Assembly: GCF_006345805.1 (NCBI RefSeq)
Contig: NW_021832276.1
Span: forward strand, 1-64,000
Length of the DNA stretch: 64,000 nucleotides
DNA from: Octopus sinensis
Lineage: Eukaryota
Reading direction: 5' to 3'
A program made the translations under genes and the position numbers. The notes under the pieces were generated by a model. That model was not told the origin of the DNA and made no database searches. It saw nothing but the letters and a program-made list of their open reading frames with translations. The first letter of the stretch is position 1. Each line of letters starts with the position of its first letter. This document shows, one piece after another, positions 40,261 to 53,810 of this stretch.

Positions 40261-41102
40261 CTAGCAGACGTACCCGGTAATTCCCGGGCTAGCGGAGCTT
40301 ATCCCTTCCTTCCGTTCTCATAATTGTTTCGCTAATAAAATAGCAACAATGCAAAGGTATGTAGCCCTTAAAACGGTTTTTTGCATTTACAGAGAATACC
40401 GAACTGCATTACACAGGATCTTGTTTTTAGGAATTCCCAGTAAGTTATGAATACCAAAAACTGTGAAATCAGTTATGTAAGTATATGAAATTAATTACCT
40501 GATAGTAAGAATTCAAATAAAGTAGCCCCAAAATAGGCTTTAATGCGTGCCCAGAGTAAATAGAACATAGGAGGAAATACTAATAAGGGACGTGTACTAA
40601 AATCGTGAAGCATGTTACGTAATAACAGGCTAATCATATATGAGATAATAACAATTCAAAATAAACAACTCTGAAAATGGCTTTTGTGCGTTCCCTGCGA
40701 ATATTATCCTCAGGGGCACTAGTGTTGGTATATTCAGGAATAAGTCACTAAACGAAATAAGAGGATCTATTGTTTAGTAAAATACTATATACTTATTTTA
40801 GGATTTACTGGATAAATTGTGAGAATAACTCTAACAGTTCAAATACAAAGAAATAAGCGTACTCAATTTCATTTTTGCCAAATAATATTGAAAATGAATG
40901 GGTTATTTCCCTTGGCTATATATATGGATCCCTTCCAGGGGCCCTATTATCGATTTTTTTCAACAATCTTTGTATGCCATGAGGTTTTCAGATATGAGTT
41001 CTACTCACGTGGCAAGTTTCATCAAAATCGGTAGAATGATGTAGGAGGAGTTAGCTAACAACTCCACAAACTCACCCACAGACAGATTTCCCGCATATAT
41101 AG
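40261..41102 (-). mobile_element. Non-autonomous Helitron-like element
   Basis: The minus-strand 3' end is CTAG (40261-64) followed by T, preceded by a GC-rich hairpin cccgg-taattc-ccggg (40273-88). The other end has aagtttcatcaaaatcgg...acagacagat...tatatag and a ggagtt/aactcc hairpin (41047-65), resembling Lep1-type Helitron termini. The 5' TC is not intact. Confidence 0.6.
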
Positions 41103-41182
41103 TAAATAATATTAATGATAATAAATACATATATATATATATATGAATAAATAAATGGAGTTTAACGCAGGTAAAAATACAT

Positions 41183-41218
<36 letters not shown>

Positions 41219-41223
41219 TATAA

Positions 41224-41264
<41 letters not shown>

Positions 41265-41430
41265 ATATATTTAAATTTTTATAAATCTATATGGCGGACG
41301 TAAAGAATGTGGACCGCACTGAACCGCATCCCCTTTTCGAGTATACGGAGATTCTGATTCTGCCAAAAACAAAAAAAAAAAAACGTTATTTCAAATTTTT
41401 AATTTTCACCCTGCCCCATAATAGTTAGTT

Positions 41431-41454
41431 TTAGGGTTAGTGTTAGGGTTAGGG
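41431..41454 (+). repeat. Short interstitial telomere-like tract (TTAGGG TTAGTG TTAGGG TTAGGG)
   Basis: Direct inspection. Confidence 0.7.
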
Positions 41455-42644
41455 GGTATTATATATTTTTTAATTAAAACTTTACAAATTATGGCACCTT
41501 GCTTCTTCTTAGAATCTATAATTTGCACGCAATGAAATAATAAAAGGAAGCACTAGTACAGACGAAGGGTAACTTGAAAGACCTATGTAGTTAATAACAA
41601 ATTATGTACATTTTTGCATTACTTTCGGTAGTTCTCTCGTATGACAGAGAGCCAGTGACACAGTATCACAAGGTAACTAGGATAGCAAACAATTAAGAAA
41701 GTAATGATAGAGAAAATGAAGAAAGAATACATATAAAGAAATTTAAATTTAAGTATCACAATTATTCAAACTGTTCCCCTTAAGCAATACCATTTGAACC
41801 AGTATTTATGCATCCATTTGTAAAAGAAGATTCGCTTGTATTTTTAATGCAAGTGTTTATCTCAATTCATAATTTTTAAAATGGAATATTGAAAGTTTTC
41901 GAAATTCAAACAAAAAAAAGTAAAAAAAGTAATTAATGTAAATAAGCCCATCTTAATTTAAAATTCCTATGAAGTGTTGAAATATAACCGCGTCCTACAG
42001 AGTTGTCGATTGGAAATCGATACTTGTTTGCTCTAAATCTACGTAAAGGAGAGAGAGATTTAGTTCACACCAAGCAAAACATTTCGTTCATGTTGCCACG
42101 CTGTGTTTATCAGAGAATTATGTTCTGAAGAAAGTACTGTCATAACGAGAATGAAAATGAAATGCAAATTTAAATCAAAAAAGAAAAACAGAGAAGGAAA
42201 TATTTAATCCAGCCTTGGAAGCGTTCAATCTTAATCCGGTTGTGAATGAAAACAGATTGTATCAAACACTTTTCTCTTTATCTAACCTATTTCATAGAAA
42301 ATTTCTTTGTTTATTTCAAATATTACTGGATTAAATTTTAGATTAAATTTATTTTTATCTGCAATTTATTATTTCCATATTACAAAAGTAACGCTTGTAT
42401 TCGGGTCAGGGTTTCGATATAGCATGTATTTCCCCAAAGGAAAACTGTTAATGTAGCAGCAGCTTGTTGGTATTTCTAGTAACACTGACCTTGAGAAATT
42501 AATCACTGAATGCCTGAAATATTTAATAATCAAACATTCTTATGTTATCTATTTAACTGTGATATTAAATAACATTTTCATTCTTTTATCACTTCCTCCA
42601 CCAAAAACGTGCATGTGATTGATAATTAGGTAATATTTCTCTTT

Positions 42645-43010
42645 CTCTTTTTCTCTTTTAGTTGTTTCAGTTATTTTACTGCGACCATGCTGGAGCACCG
42701 CTTTTAGTTGAGCAAATAGACCCCAGGACTTATTGTTTGGAAGCCTAGTACTTATTCTATCGGCCTCTTATGCCGAGCCGCTAAGTTCCGGGGACGTAAA
42801 CACACCAGCATTGGTTGTCAAGCGATGTTGTGGGGACAGACACAGACTCACAAACATATACACACATACATATATACGATGGGCTTCTTTCAGTTTCCGT
42901 CTACCAAATCCGCTCACAAGGCTTTGTAGAAGACACTTGCCATGCAGTGGGAATGAACCCGGAACCATGTGGTTGGTAAGCAAGCTACTTAACACACAGC
43001 CACTCCTGCA
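42645..43010 (-). mobile_element. tRNA-derived SINE family 2
   Basis: The reverse complement begins gcaggagtggctgtgtgttaagtagcttgcttaccaaccacatggttccgggttcattcccactgc. Confidence 0.85.
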
Positions 43011-43561
43011 GCTATGCATATTTTCTTGTACGAATCTTTTCAAGAAACAACATATATTTGAACACGTTTTTCACGTGGTCACCAAAGTTTCTTTTTTAAC
43101 TTACTATTTTTATCGCCTTATTGTTAAATAAAGATTCAAACCAACTAACATGCGCTCGGCCTGTTAAGAATGATAGCCAAAACACCCTCATACCAATCCC
43201 TAAGTTTTAAAAAGACACGCGGTAATATAATCTGAAATCATATAAAAATCCTGGAAAGAAGGCGAAGATGCCTTTGATCACACATATTGAATTAGAGTGG
43301 CGACCGAGCGCATATTAGTTCATATTGAGTTAGAGTGACGACCTGTATATCTGCCTTAGATCTGGATTGAAGTAATTGCTGGTGTATTCCTGATCGTCAC
43401 GTGAGATTACTATGTTAATAATAAACTATTTAACTGCAGTTTCATTCATTTAGTTATGATAATGCAGATGGTGACAAATCTGTCACTGAGGAGTGAGAAA
43501 GGTGTATATATATACATATATATATATATATAATAATATATATATATATATTATATATTAT

Positions 43562-43609
<48 letters not shown>

Positions 43610-44091
43610 TAGATAGATAGATAGATGATAGATAGATAGATAGATATATATATAGATTATATATATATGTGTGTGTGTGTGTATGTATGAATATATATAT
43701 ATATGTGTGCATACGTGTATATGAGTGTATACGTATTTGTGTATGTATGTGCGTGTGTCGGTGCATATACATATATGTTTATATCAGCGTTTGCATAAGA
43801 ATATTTAAAATTATCGATTACTAGTTCTATGAATGTAAATCATGTTTTCACATAGAGGGGTTACGGTCATTGAACTCGCGGTCAATGACTCATTATCATA
43901 TAAGTTATTATCACGTGAGCTGCATTTGATAGCAGAAGAGGATGCCGGAGAAAATGTTCTCTTACTATTTAATTTGTATTAACCTATAATGTATCGGTGC
44001 GTGTGTTTGTATGTTCATGCACGTCTACTTGTATGATTTTATGAGTAGAACACACATGCGTGCACGCACACACGCACACACGCACACACGC

Positions 44092-44131
<40 letters not shown>

Positions 44132-44144
44132 GCACACACATATA

Positions 44145-44300
44145 GGCGCTGGCGTGGTAATGTGGTATGAAGCGTGCTCTCAAGCAACATGAGTTGGGAT
44201 TCCGTGCATGGAATCTGGGGCAAGTGTGATCAACATAGCCTGGGGACGACAAATGCCATGTGAATGGATTTGGTTGACGGAAACTGAAAGACGTCCGTCG

Positions 44301-44340
<40 letters not shown>

Positions 44341-44545
44341 ATTTATCTATTTATGTGTGTATATTGGATGTGCGCGTGCCTATGTTTGTTCCCCACCACT
44401 GCTTGACAACCGTAGCTGTTCGGCAAAAGAGCGCTGACAGAATAAATACTGGGCTTTAAAATAAGTCCTGGTGCCGATCTGTTCGACTAAAACCCTTCAA
44501 GTCGGTTCTACACCATGGCCGCAGTCAAATGAATGAAAGATGCTG
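44145..44545 (+). mobile_element. tRNA-derived SINE family 2, diverged
   Basis: Shares the body ggatttggttgacggaaactgaaaga..cgtcg-(TA)n..gcttgacaacc..ttcggcaaaagag..aagtcctgg..catggccgcagtcaaatga. Confidence 0.75.
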
Positions 44546-44744
44546 AAAGATATATATATTTGCACACACATTTGCACACGTATGTACATCCATACCAACA
44601 CACCTTTTAAATTCAAATCTAAAAGAGGTCATCTTTAATATTGATACTGCATTAGTCAATAGAATAAACGCTACTATTGTATTGGTATATCGATTCATTT
44701 GAGTAAATACTATTTGCCTGTATTTGACAATATTTTATTGCAAT

Positions 44745-44810
<66 letters not shown>

Positions 44811-44811
44811 C

Positions 44812-44901
<90 letters not shown>

Positions 44902-44912
44902 TATATATATAG

Positions 44913-44945
<33 letters not shown>

Positions 44946-47900
44946 ATATACATACGTATTCAGCCCATTGAGTTCAGTTTTAGAGATAAAACTATAATTC
45001 GGTCGATTTTCATTTCTGAAATCCAACAGGTGTCTTCGCTTTGATTTTATGCATTTTATTATTATCGTAGAAATAAAGGTTCGCTGTTGCCATCGAGAAA
45101 ATAGTTACTCTGTGACGATCAGAGATAAAACAGATAGATGCCTAGCTAGAAAGTCTTTTAGCTGTAAAATGTCGGTGAAGAGTCAAAAAGTTATAACTTT
45201 ATTAACAATTATTAATCTTAAATATTTAACATTTTATTGTTTCAAAAACTATGAAAAGCGTATTTGATTTTCAACACGAATTTATGACACGTTAGAGAAT
45301 ATTATGCATCTGCTACGTCTTTCGGTTTCTCCCCTGTTTTGGCGTTTATGTACTGCATGTAACTCGAAAATACATGCCAAATATTTTCTGCCAAATTCTT
45401 TAGATTTTCTCTCTGTGTGTTACTGAACAAAAATAAATTTCAAATATGTTTGTAACGGTTAGGCTTAATGTTTATGTAATTTTTACGCATATAAGTCACT
45501 AAGTAGCTTTTCGCAAAAATATAGACTACTGATGTTTAGAATAATATCATCGCTTAGGTTGATATTTATAGGTAAATATTCAAGGTATTCTTTTTTTCTT
45601 AAAGCGAGTTTGATTCTGGATCTGATTGAAGTGACATACCAGTCAAAATATTTGTTATATGTTTACATGAACATATGAGGATACGGTTGCTTTTTATTTT
45701 ATGTAAGGAAGTCCCAAAGAAGGCAAAAAGCCACTTAGTGTAATGAGCTATGAAGAAGAACAAATTAAGATAAAAGGATTGAATTTAATGATCATTTAAA
45801 TTAATATAGCATGTTCTATTTTCAAATTTAACACATCAGAGAAACCTTAGCGAATAACTTTCCATAGAGACTGAATAAACTAAGGAACAACAATATCATT
45901 TTCAAGAATGTGACTTTGAACAGGAAGGTATATACGATACTATTGCTACATTTGTATGTAGTCAGCCATTGCTCATACGGAGCATGATACATTTGTATGT
46001 GGTAACATCCATGGTATTTCTTGTACAGTTTTGTTGGGATCGTCATATCCAAGAAGCAAATATGTGATGATCTGGTGCATATTTTCAGTAGTATCTGCTT
46101 CAGATAACTTACATCGATGCTGATTTTATAAACGTTATCAACCATAAACTTTCCCATGTGTTATTTTCCAGATCTGATTCCCATTTTGGAGAAACAATGT
46201 ACAATATACGTATATTTGATAATCATGCTAAGGTTTTATACGCTTTCACGTTCTTTACCAATACAACACCATACACAATAAAGATGTGATTTAAGACTTG
46301 TCAATTACATATATAAATCCAGTTGCCACCTAAAGTAAGTTGTTCCGTATCAATGATACATGTTTACAATGCATTCGCAGACCCTTCATTGTTGAGCAAT
46401 TGAAACTGCATACAGATTCATTATGAACCACAACACTCTAAGTCAAGCTCATTAGTCTCTACATTAAAAATGCAGCCCGCTTTCTCATACAAGTCCCGCT
46501 CGTATAGGAACCACCTTTCGTTGACTTACATGTAAATACGCTACAGTTAGAAACTGTTATAGGTTATGAAAAGTTTTCTGAATCAAGCCTCTCCAGTGAG
46601 CCAATACTGACATAAGGCACAAGAAGTCAGATTAGAAATGAATAATATTTTGGACATTTTGAACATTTATTTTTGGCAAGACACAGTTAACTGATATCGG
46701 GACTAATAGCTAATACAATGCTCAACAATTCCGTAGGTTTGCTACTAAATACAGGAGTAAATTCCTCCTTCGGCGGTATATAAATAGATCAAGATGATAT
46801 CAAATACTGAGATTTATGAATCATGGCCTTGGAAACAGTGCAACACAAACAACAAGATGAGAATCGTCTACTTGACCAACAATGTTGCATTAAAGTTAAT
46901 GAAATAATATAACGTAGGAATTTTTCTGAAAGTCGTTTTTGAAGTTACACCTGGTTTTTCATTTAATTGTCATATTTTACAGGAAGAAGACTATTATCAA
47001 ATAATAAAATGGTTTAAAAAGCATTTTCAATGTAGAGTTTTAATTTTTTATTATAATTGTATAGAATATTTTGCTCAATAGATCACTTTTAATGACTTTC
47101 TTTCTTGAGGCTTTTCTTTTGTAATTTCTACTTTATGCTCATGGAAGAAGCTCTAGAACTGGTGGTTAATTATGCAAATCCGAATACTGTTTATAATTGA
47201 ATAGCAATTATTTTTGTGGCTTTTTACTGCTGGGAGCTGCGCAAATAAAGTTTTAAAAGTTTTGCCTGAGGAAGATCAAAATGCTGGCGACAGAGCAAGC
47301 AATGTTGACCCTTCAAACTAAAAGTTGGCGTTTTATCGACTCAAACAACTGAAAGTATAAGAAAGAATGAAAAATATTAGCAGACATTAGCAAATAGCTG
47401 AATCAAGTCTTGAAGTTATCTCGCAACTAAGACAGTTGGCCTTCTAATTAGGCGCCTCTACAAGTTTTCTGTCTTCAAAGAAGACACTTCTAAATAGACA
47501 TTGTGACGGATCAATAACACTTATATTGAACCGAACACCATATTTGCTTCCTCAAGCTCAATGTCATATGAAAACTACTGATTATAATACAAGTATTCAT
47601 TTAATGTTTCTAAAGTATCGCTAGATTGGAATGATAGATATTTTCTTTCATGTCAAAAACCACTAATTAACTTTTATTCTGTGGACCCGGGTTTCCAGAC
47701 TTTTCTCTCAGAAGAAGACAACTTGATGCCGAATACACAAAAGATAACTAATATTTAAAGGAAAGATTATATACTTGTAACTGTGAATTAATTCTAAAAG
47801 AGTCAAAATAAACGAATCAATATAATATAACCAGATGCAGCAAATATTCGACAGTTTGTAGAAGACAGGTCGATCCGTGTCCATTGTTAGAACATCATAA

Positions 47901-47961
47901 CTCCCGCAGGCTCTGTTCTAAAGATGTAAATAGATAACACGTGTAAGGACATCTTGACTTA

Positions 47962-48110
47962 AGTGGCGAATTGGCATCATAATTAGACAATCGGACAGTA
48001 ATTTTTCCCGGCATTTCTTCCATATTCTTGAGATCTGATTTCAAATTCGTTGCGGTCAACTTCACTTTTAATTCCTCAGTTGAAGATAAGTGAATAAGAA
48101 GTCTACGTCA
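47962..48110 (+). mobile_element. SINE family 1, highly degenerate
   Basis: gtggcgaattggca...cggcatttc...ttcaaattcg..gcggtcaacttcactttt weakly aligns to 16584-16720. Confidence 0.4.
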
Positions 48111-48467
48111 GTGGAGAAAAGAAATTGAAGTGCATCGAAAAATGATGACCTGGTTTATTTATCATGCTACGTTGCAATGTGAGTTCCAATAGCGCTATGG
48201 CCATTTTGACAGTAGGGGTTATTTCGTTTAGTGCTTCATCTTGGTCACTGGGTGTCTTCAGCTGCAAGCATTCAGAGCAGATGATAGGTTTAGAGCTACT
48301 TTACTCCATTCAGTCTCTGGGGTCTTAAAAGTATAATTGAGAGAGCTTCCTTGCACATACGCATATACATATAAACATATATATACAAAGAGGTAAACAT
48401 TAATTTCTTAAAATGTTTGTTTCTTAAAATCTTTATATTATATATTATATATATATATATATATATA

Positions 48468-48503
<36 letters not shown>

Positions 48504-49258
48504 TATATATATATATGTCTGTGGTGTTTGAATGTAAACACAAACCACAATGCATATAAAAATGCATACACACACACACACGCACACATATATATATAGA
48601 TTTTATGCACACAAACGCACACTTACACATACGCATAGTGCATTTGTGGTTGTGGAGGGAGATGACTAGAATTATTATGTTGTCACACAAGCAACAGGGA
48701 TTTATGACAAAATGTCCCTCAGTACTCATCGTACACACCATTTTTCAATAAGCACAGATTTATCAGCAAATTACTGACATAGAAAAAGAAGGGATTCGTC
48801 ATATTTAGAACGCACAATTTTAACACTGCTATCCTGCCAAGTTACGAACCAACAACAATATGAAAAGAAAATATACATTATAAGATTCTTTGCTATGTAA
48901 TCTACATAAGGATTACCTATCAACCGCATTTGATGTTCTCGTTTAGGTATCTAAAATACTTATAATCTAATGATAAATTTTGTGCGAAAAGATACAAATA
49001 TAAACACAGAAATATATAGCAGCAGAATGAAAACGAAAGAAAATTTAGCCAAAATAATGTAGTACTTGAGGAAAAAATAACTTGCATACTGTCAGTGAGT
49101 TAACGGATTCAGCTGAAATAGCTTGGCTAATGTTGAGTCTTATATTTGCTAATGACGAAATAATATATACATTTATATATACATATATATATATATATAT
49201 ATACATATATGTATACATATATATACACACACACACATATATTATATATACATATGAT

Positions 49259-49290
<32 letters not shown>

Positions 49291-50240
49291 ATATACATAT
49301 ATAACATATATAAATATATATGTATATACCTGTATACCTATATCTATATGTATCATATGCACATACGTGCACGCGCATATTCAATTAAGCTACTCTAATA
49401 TTAAAGTCATATATCTATGTGAGGATGTGAATACGTTAAAATGAATCTAAATGTTTTTGTTTTTTTTAATAATACGATGCCAATAATGTAAAAATATACC
49501 ACTCCAGCTTTGAAGTAACAGCATTAACAAGTACTGAAGCAAACAAAAGCAAAATATAGAGAAAAAAATATGCGGCAACTACGAGTCAAACATAAAAGTA
49601 TTTTGTATATCAAAATAAATTATTTAAAACTACCTAGTTCTATTTGCAATTTGCAGAGAATTGACTATAAATTATAAATGAGAGATATAGCCATCTTCAG
49701 GATAATGGCTTAGCAAAGAGAAAATTAAAGCCAGTGATCCTACTTGAAAAGAACATACGTAAGTATGTACACACCCACGTACATACGTATGTATCTGTGT
49801 ATTGGAGAAAGCCCAGCTGTGATAAAATAGAAATGTAAACGTATTCCTTTAATTCAGGAAATAATTAAGCGGCCGTTATAGAGAATGAGAGTTACTACAA
49901 TGTGTGAGCCGTTGCAACGCTTCCTTCCACGCAAAAAGTAGCATAGGCTATTTGCAATAATGTATACCAGTCACAAATTATACTATCTTTGTAATGACTA
50001 GTTTCATTTTCATATTTTACCTCTTGAGGCTTCTACATTATATACAAATAACATACAACACGTATATACATACATACATATATAAACATATGTACACACA
50101 CATATATATATAATATACACACACGAATATATGTATATATATATATATGTGTGTGTGTGTGAGTATGTATACTTTGATACTTTGATAGGTTTCGGCCATT
50201 ATTGGCCCAGGCCATGTCCAACTTAATAGCACCACCTGGT

Positions 50241-50296
<56 letters not shown>

Positions 50297-51129
50297 TTCT
50301 CTGTGAATTAGAGGTTGAAAACAACTAAGGGATAGTACCTATCCAATATACTTGGTGGTAGTGTACTCAATTATTCATAGACAAGTGATAGTCATTGCAT
50401 AGCAATCTCGCAATTGAATATAATATACGGGCGGGGATAAAAAAAAATGTGATTTACGCATGGTTAATACGGCAAATACGAAAACTCTAGTTATATTATA
50501 ATTTATTCGACGACAGTTTGATGTGGCTCCACGCAGTTTAAATTTTCGTTGGCTCAATCATCGAACTCCCTCAGTCCCGGATTCGGGTGTACAGGGTGGA
50601 TGATACTGAGCTGCTATTGGGGAATATAATTCACATCCTGTCACTAATAGTGATACTGACATTGAAGCGACAACAGATTCAAACTGAATTCCTAGAAACA
50701 CATGTTTGGTCGGGATGTTTGCTGGTGACTGCCTATCTGGGAAGTGGAAGCGACAGCAGATCGTTGTTGCCAGAGCGTGTATTAAACCTACCTGATGTGT
50801 GGTGTGCGTGTGTGTGTGAATGTGCATGAATGCACGGGTATTTATGTGTGTGTTTATGTTGACAGCATCACAAGGTTAGCATATATATATATGCGTGTGT
50901 GTTGTGTGTGTGTGTGTGTGTGTGTGTGCCTGATATATAAGTGCGTGTGTTCGTGTGCGTATGTATTGCGTGCACGCGCACGTATATATATATCCGTATA
51001 AGTTTGCGTTTGTATCTAGTTTGTGTGCGTGTTTATGTGTAACTGTGGTGTGCGTGCATGTGTACACATACACGGGCACTTCAGACGCACATCCAAATTC
51101 ATTGCCCTCTCTAATGGGAGGATGATGGT

Positions 51130-51460
51130 AAAAGATATCATCACCATTGTAATCGCACAAATTTGAAAGCATAACCTTATTCCGGTAAAGTCCAATTTCG
51201 GAGGTTGTTTGTGGTGTTCCACTGCACCTCCTCCGTTTGCACTCCACATTGTTATAGACAATCCATTTATTGTCATCTGTCTCCATTCTCTTCATAAAAG
51301 GATCGGTGGGCAACGTTAGCATCATTCCAGCAGTCAAGCCTGCTTACATAGCTAAGTTGATAAAGATGGTTTTCAACAAGTGATTTGGATATTTGGAGCA
51401 TGCTTGTGATCTTCCTGTTGGTGTAACGTTGGTTCGTGCGCAATCTGTCTCGTCCCAAAA
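51130..51460 (-). mobile_element. Mariner transposase pseudogene fragment (HTH to the start of the catalytic domain)
   Basis: ORF 51273-51458 gives YTNRKITSMLQISKSLVENHLYQLSYVSRLDCW. ORF 50876-51337 gives DPFMKRMETDDNKWIVYNNVECKRR..PQTTSEIGLYRNKVMLSNLCDYNG, resembling mariner FLKRI.TGDEKW..Y.N...K.ML..WWD..G. Confidence 0.85.
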
Positions 51461-51581
51461 TAGCACTGTACTACGTTGATGTGTTAAGTATGTAACGGGT
51501 ATGGATGCACCAAGCATTTCAATGTTAGCTACTTATTAGGGTGGTTGAAGTTTAGTGTCAATAAAAACCGGACGAAAATTT

Positions 51582-51620
<39 letters not shown>

Positions 51621-51650
51621 TACAATATATATCTATATATATCTATATAT

Positions 51651-51683
<33 letters not shown>

Positions 51684-51759
51684 TAGAAGAAATGAGGTAC
51701 TCAGAAAACTCGTTCTTTTCTAATATAAAATACCTTCCAATATATATATATATATATAA

Positions 51760-52245
51760 CATCACACCACACTACACTACACCATACGACACTACACTAC
51801 ACCATAAGACATTAAACTACACTACACTACACCATACTACACTACACCATACGACATTACACATCACATCATACATACATACATACACACGTCCAGACCT
51901 TTCATACGCACATACATACTCTCATATACACACACGCACCCTTATGTTGGGGCGAGGTCACTTGACCCTGTTATCTCCCCTACTATCCCTCTAGCGTCTA
52001 ACGTCTGATCTCTGACTTCTGGCTGAAATCAGAACGCCATGTTGAATCGTTAGCTCCTGCACGCATTTTTTTTCTCTCCTTGTTTCTCTCCTTGTTTCTT
52101 TTCTGTGTATCTTTCTGTTGAAGAGCGTAGGCTCGAAACGTAAAAGACTTGTTTTATTTCTATTCTGGGCGCCATACTAATACAATTGCTTGTTTGTACT
52201 CCACTGCTTCGTCTTTCTTTATTTTCGTAAACCTTCCCGTTATAT
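51760..52245 (+). mobile_element. PLE family-A 3' region/pLTR preceded by a (ACACT)n-type array
   Basis: Same order as 8330-8820: pentamer array, ttatctcccc, pyrimidine tract, hammerhead-like motif, ctaatac..cttcgtcttt, (TA)n. Confidence 0.65.
52110..52147 (+). ncRNA. Hammerhead-like ribozyme motif, family A (best-preserved copy)
   Basis: Reads tcttt CTGTTGA A GAGC gtag GCTC GAAA C GT A aaaga. Stem I is 5 bp, stem II is a perfect 4 bp, stem III is the palindrome ACGT, and the putative cleavage is after 52142. Confidence 0.55.
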
Positions 52246-52246
52246 A

Positions 52247-52288
<42 letters not shown>

Positions 52289-52318
52289 TAATATATAGAT
52301 ATATATATTATATATATT

Positions 52319-52374
<56 letters not shown>

Positions 52375-52477
52375 TATATTATATTATATATATATATATT
52401 ATATATATATATTATATATATTATAATATAGATATATATATATATATTTATACTAATATATATTATATATAATATAT

Positions 52478-53689
52478 CGAAATCTGCCTTTCAGCTCCTG
52501 ACCCTCGTCGTGTTAACTCGTTGTTCTTCGTCCGCCGCTTTAAAGGCTTTTTCCAATGCGCCAGAGAAAAAATGGTTTGCTTGTTATCAGCGTAGACACT
52601 TGTTGTTTTCACGTTAATGCTTCTGTATTCATGTTTCTGTATTCCATTATTGTTTTGTTTTTTTTATATCTGTCCCTTTGCTGTCCTGGTGTTCGTATGC
52701 ATTCGATCCTTCTTCCAGGAAATTAGCTTCCAGCTTAGTTTTCTTGGAGGGCTGGCCGTGATCTAGTAATCTCAAGATTAATCAGCCGAAAATAACTACG
52801 ATGATCCGGTTCTTGACTGAAGACTGAGGGGTTCGAATGTCCTGTCCATGTTTATCGTATGTCTTCTATGAGTTATACGTTCTGTCCATGTTGTATTTTT
52901 CTACATACCTTAAATATATTCCAGGCGCCCCGTACCCCCTTTATCATTAATGTGACACATATCTTAATAATTGTACGACTCTCTGTTTGTCTCTCTCTCT
53001 CTCTCATTTTACTTTCTCTCTATTCATCTTCTTTTCTCTGATCCTTTGGTCTAGTCTTCCACTACCCTCCTATTTCTTTGTCTCGCTCTGCACTCACAGG
53101 TCACTTCGACACCCATCCCTTCTCCTCTGCTGATTCCTTCTTTTCTCTCTTCTCTTCTTTGTTGGTTTTGTCCCCCTTTTTCTCTTCTCTCTCTTCTTTG
53201 CTTCTCTTTCTTTTCTTTCCCTCTTCTCTGTCACGTGACTGTTGGCCGAAATCTGCCTTTCAGCTCCTGACACTGTCGTGTTAACTCGGTGTTTCTTCGT
53301 CCGCCGCTATAAAGGCTTTTTCCAATGCGCCAGAGAAAAAATTGTTTGCTTGTTATCAGTCGTAAGACACTTGTTGTTTTCACCGTTAATGCTTCTGTAT
53401 TTCATGTTTCTGTATTCCATTATTGTTTTTTGTTTTTTTTTATATCTGTCCCTTTGCTGTCCTGGTGTTCGTATGCATTCGATCCTTCTTCCAGGAAATC
53501 TACGCTTCCAGCTTAGTTTTCTTGGAGGGCTGGCCGTGATCTAGTAATCTCAAGATTAATCAGCCGAAATTACTACGATGATCCGGTTCTTGACTGAGAC
53601 TGGGGGTTCGAATGTCCTGTCCATGTTTTATGTTCGTCTTCTATGAGTTATACGTTCTTGTCCATGTTGTATTTTTCTACATACCTTAA
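52478..53689 (+). repeat. Family B: two about 440-bp direct repeats (52478-52913, 53247-53689) around a 333-bp pyrimidine-rich spacer, flanked by (TA)n
   Basis: Both copies run from cgaaatctgcctttcagctcctgac to gtatttttctacataccttaa, with a 769-bp period. Confidence 0.85.
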
Positions 53690-53810
53690 TATATATATAT
53701 ATATATTATATAATATATATATATATATAATAAATATTAGGGAATGAACCAAAATTACAGGGAAAAATCAGATTTAGGGTTAAATCCAATTTTATAGTAA
53801 AATATTATAT

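Noticed and set aside
45828-46157. 109-aa minus-strand ORF and the alternative frame HQIITYLLLGYD
   Set aside because: The resemblance to ion-channel N-termini is superficial, with stops nearby and no consistent splice sites.
52810-52850. ctgaaga...gaatgtc in family B as a hammerhead
   Set aside because: It has no GAAA, no stem I partner, and the motif differs among the copies (52817, 53590, 2490).
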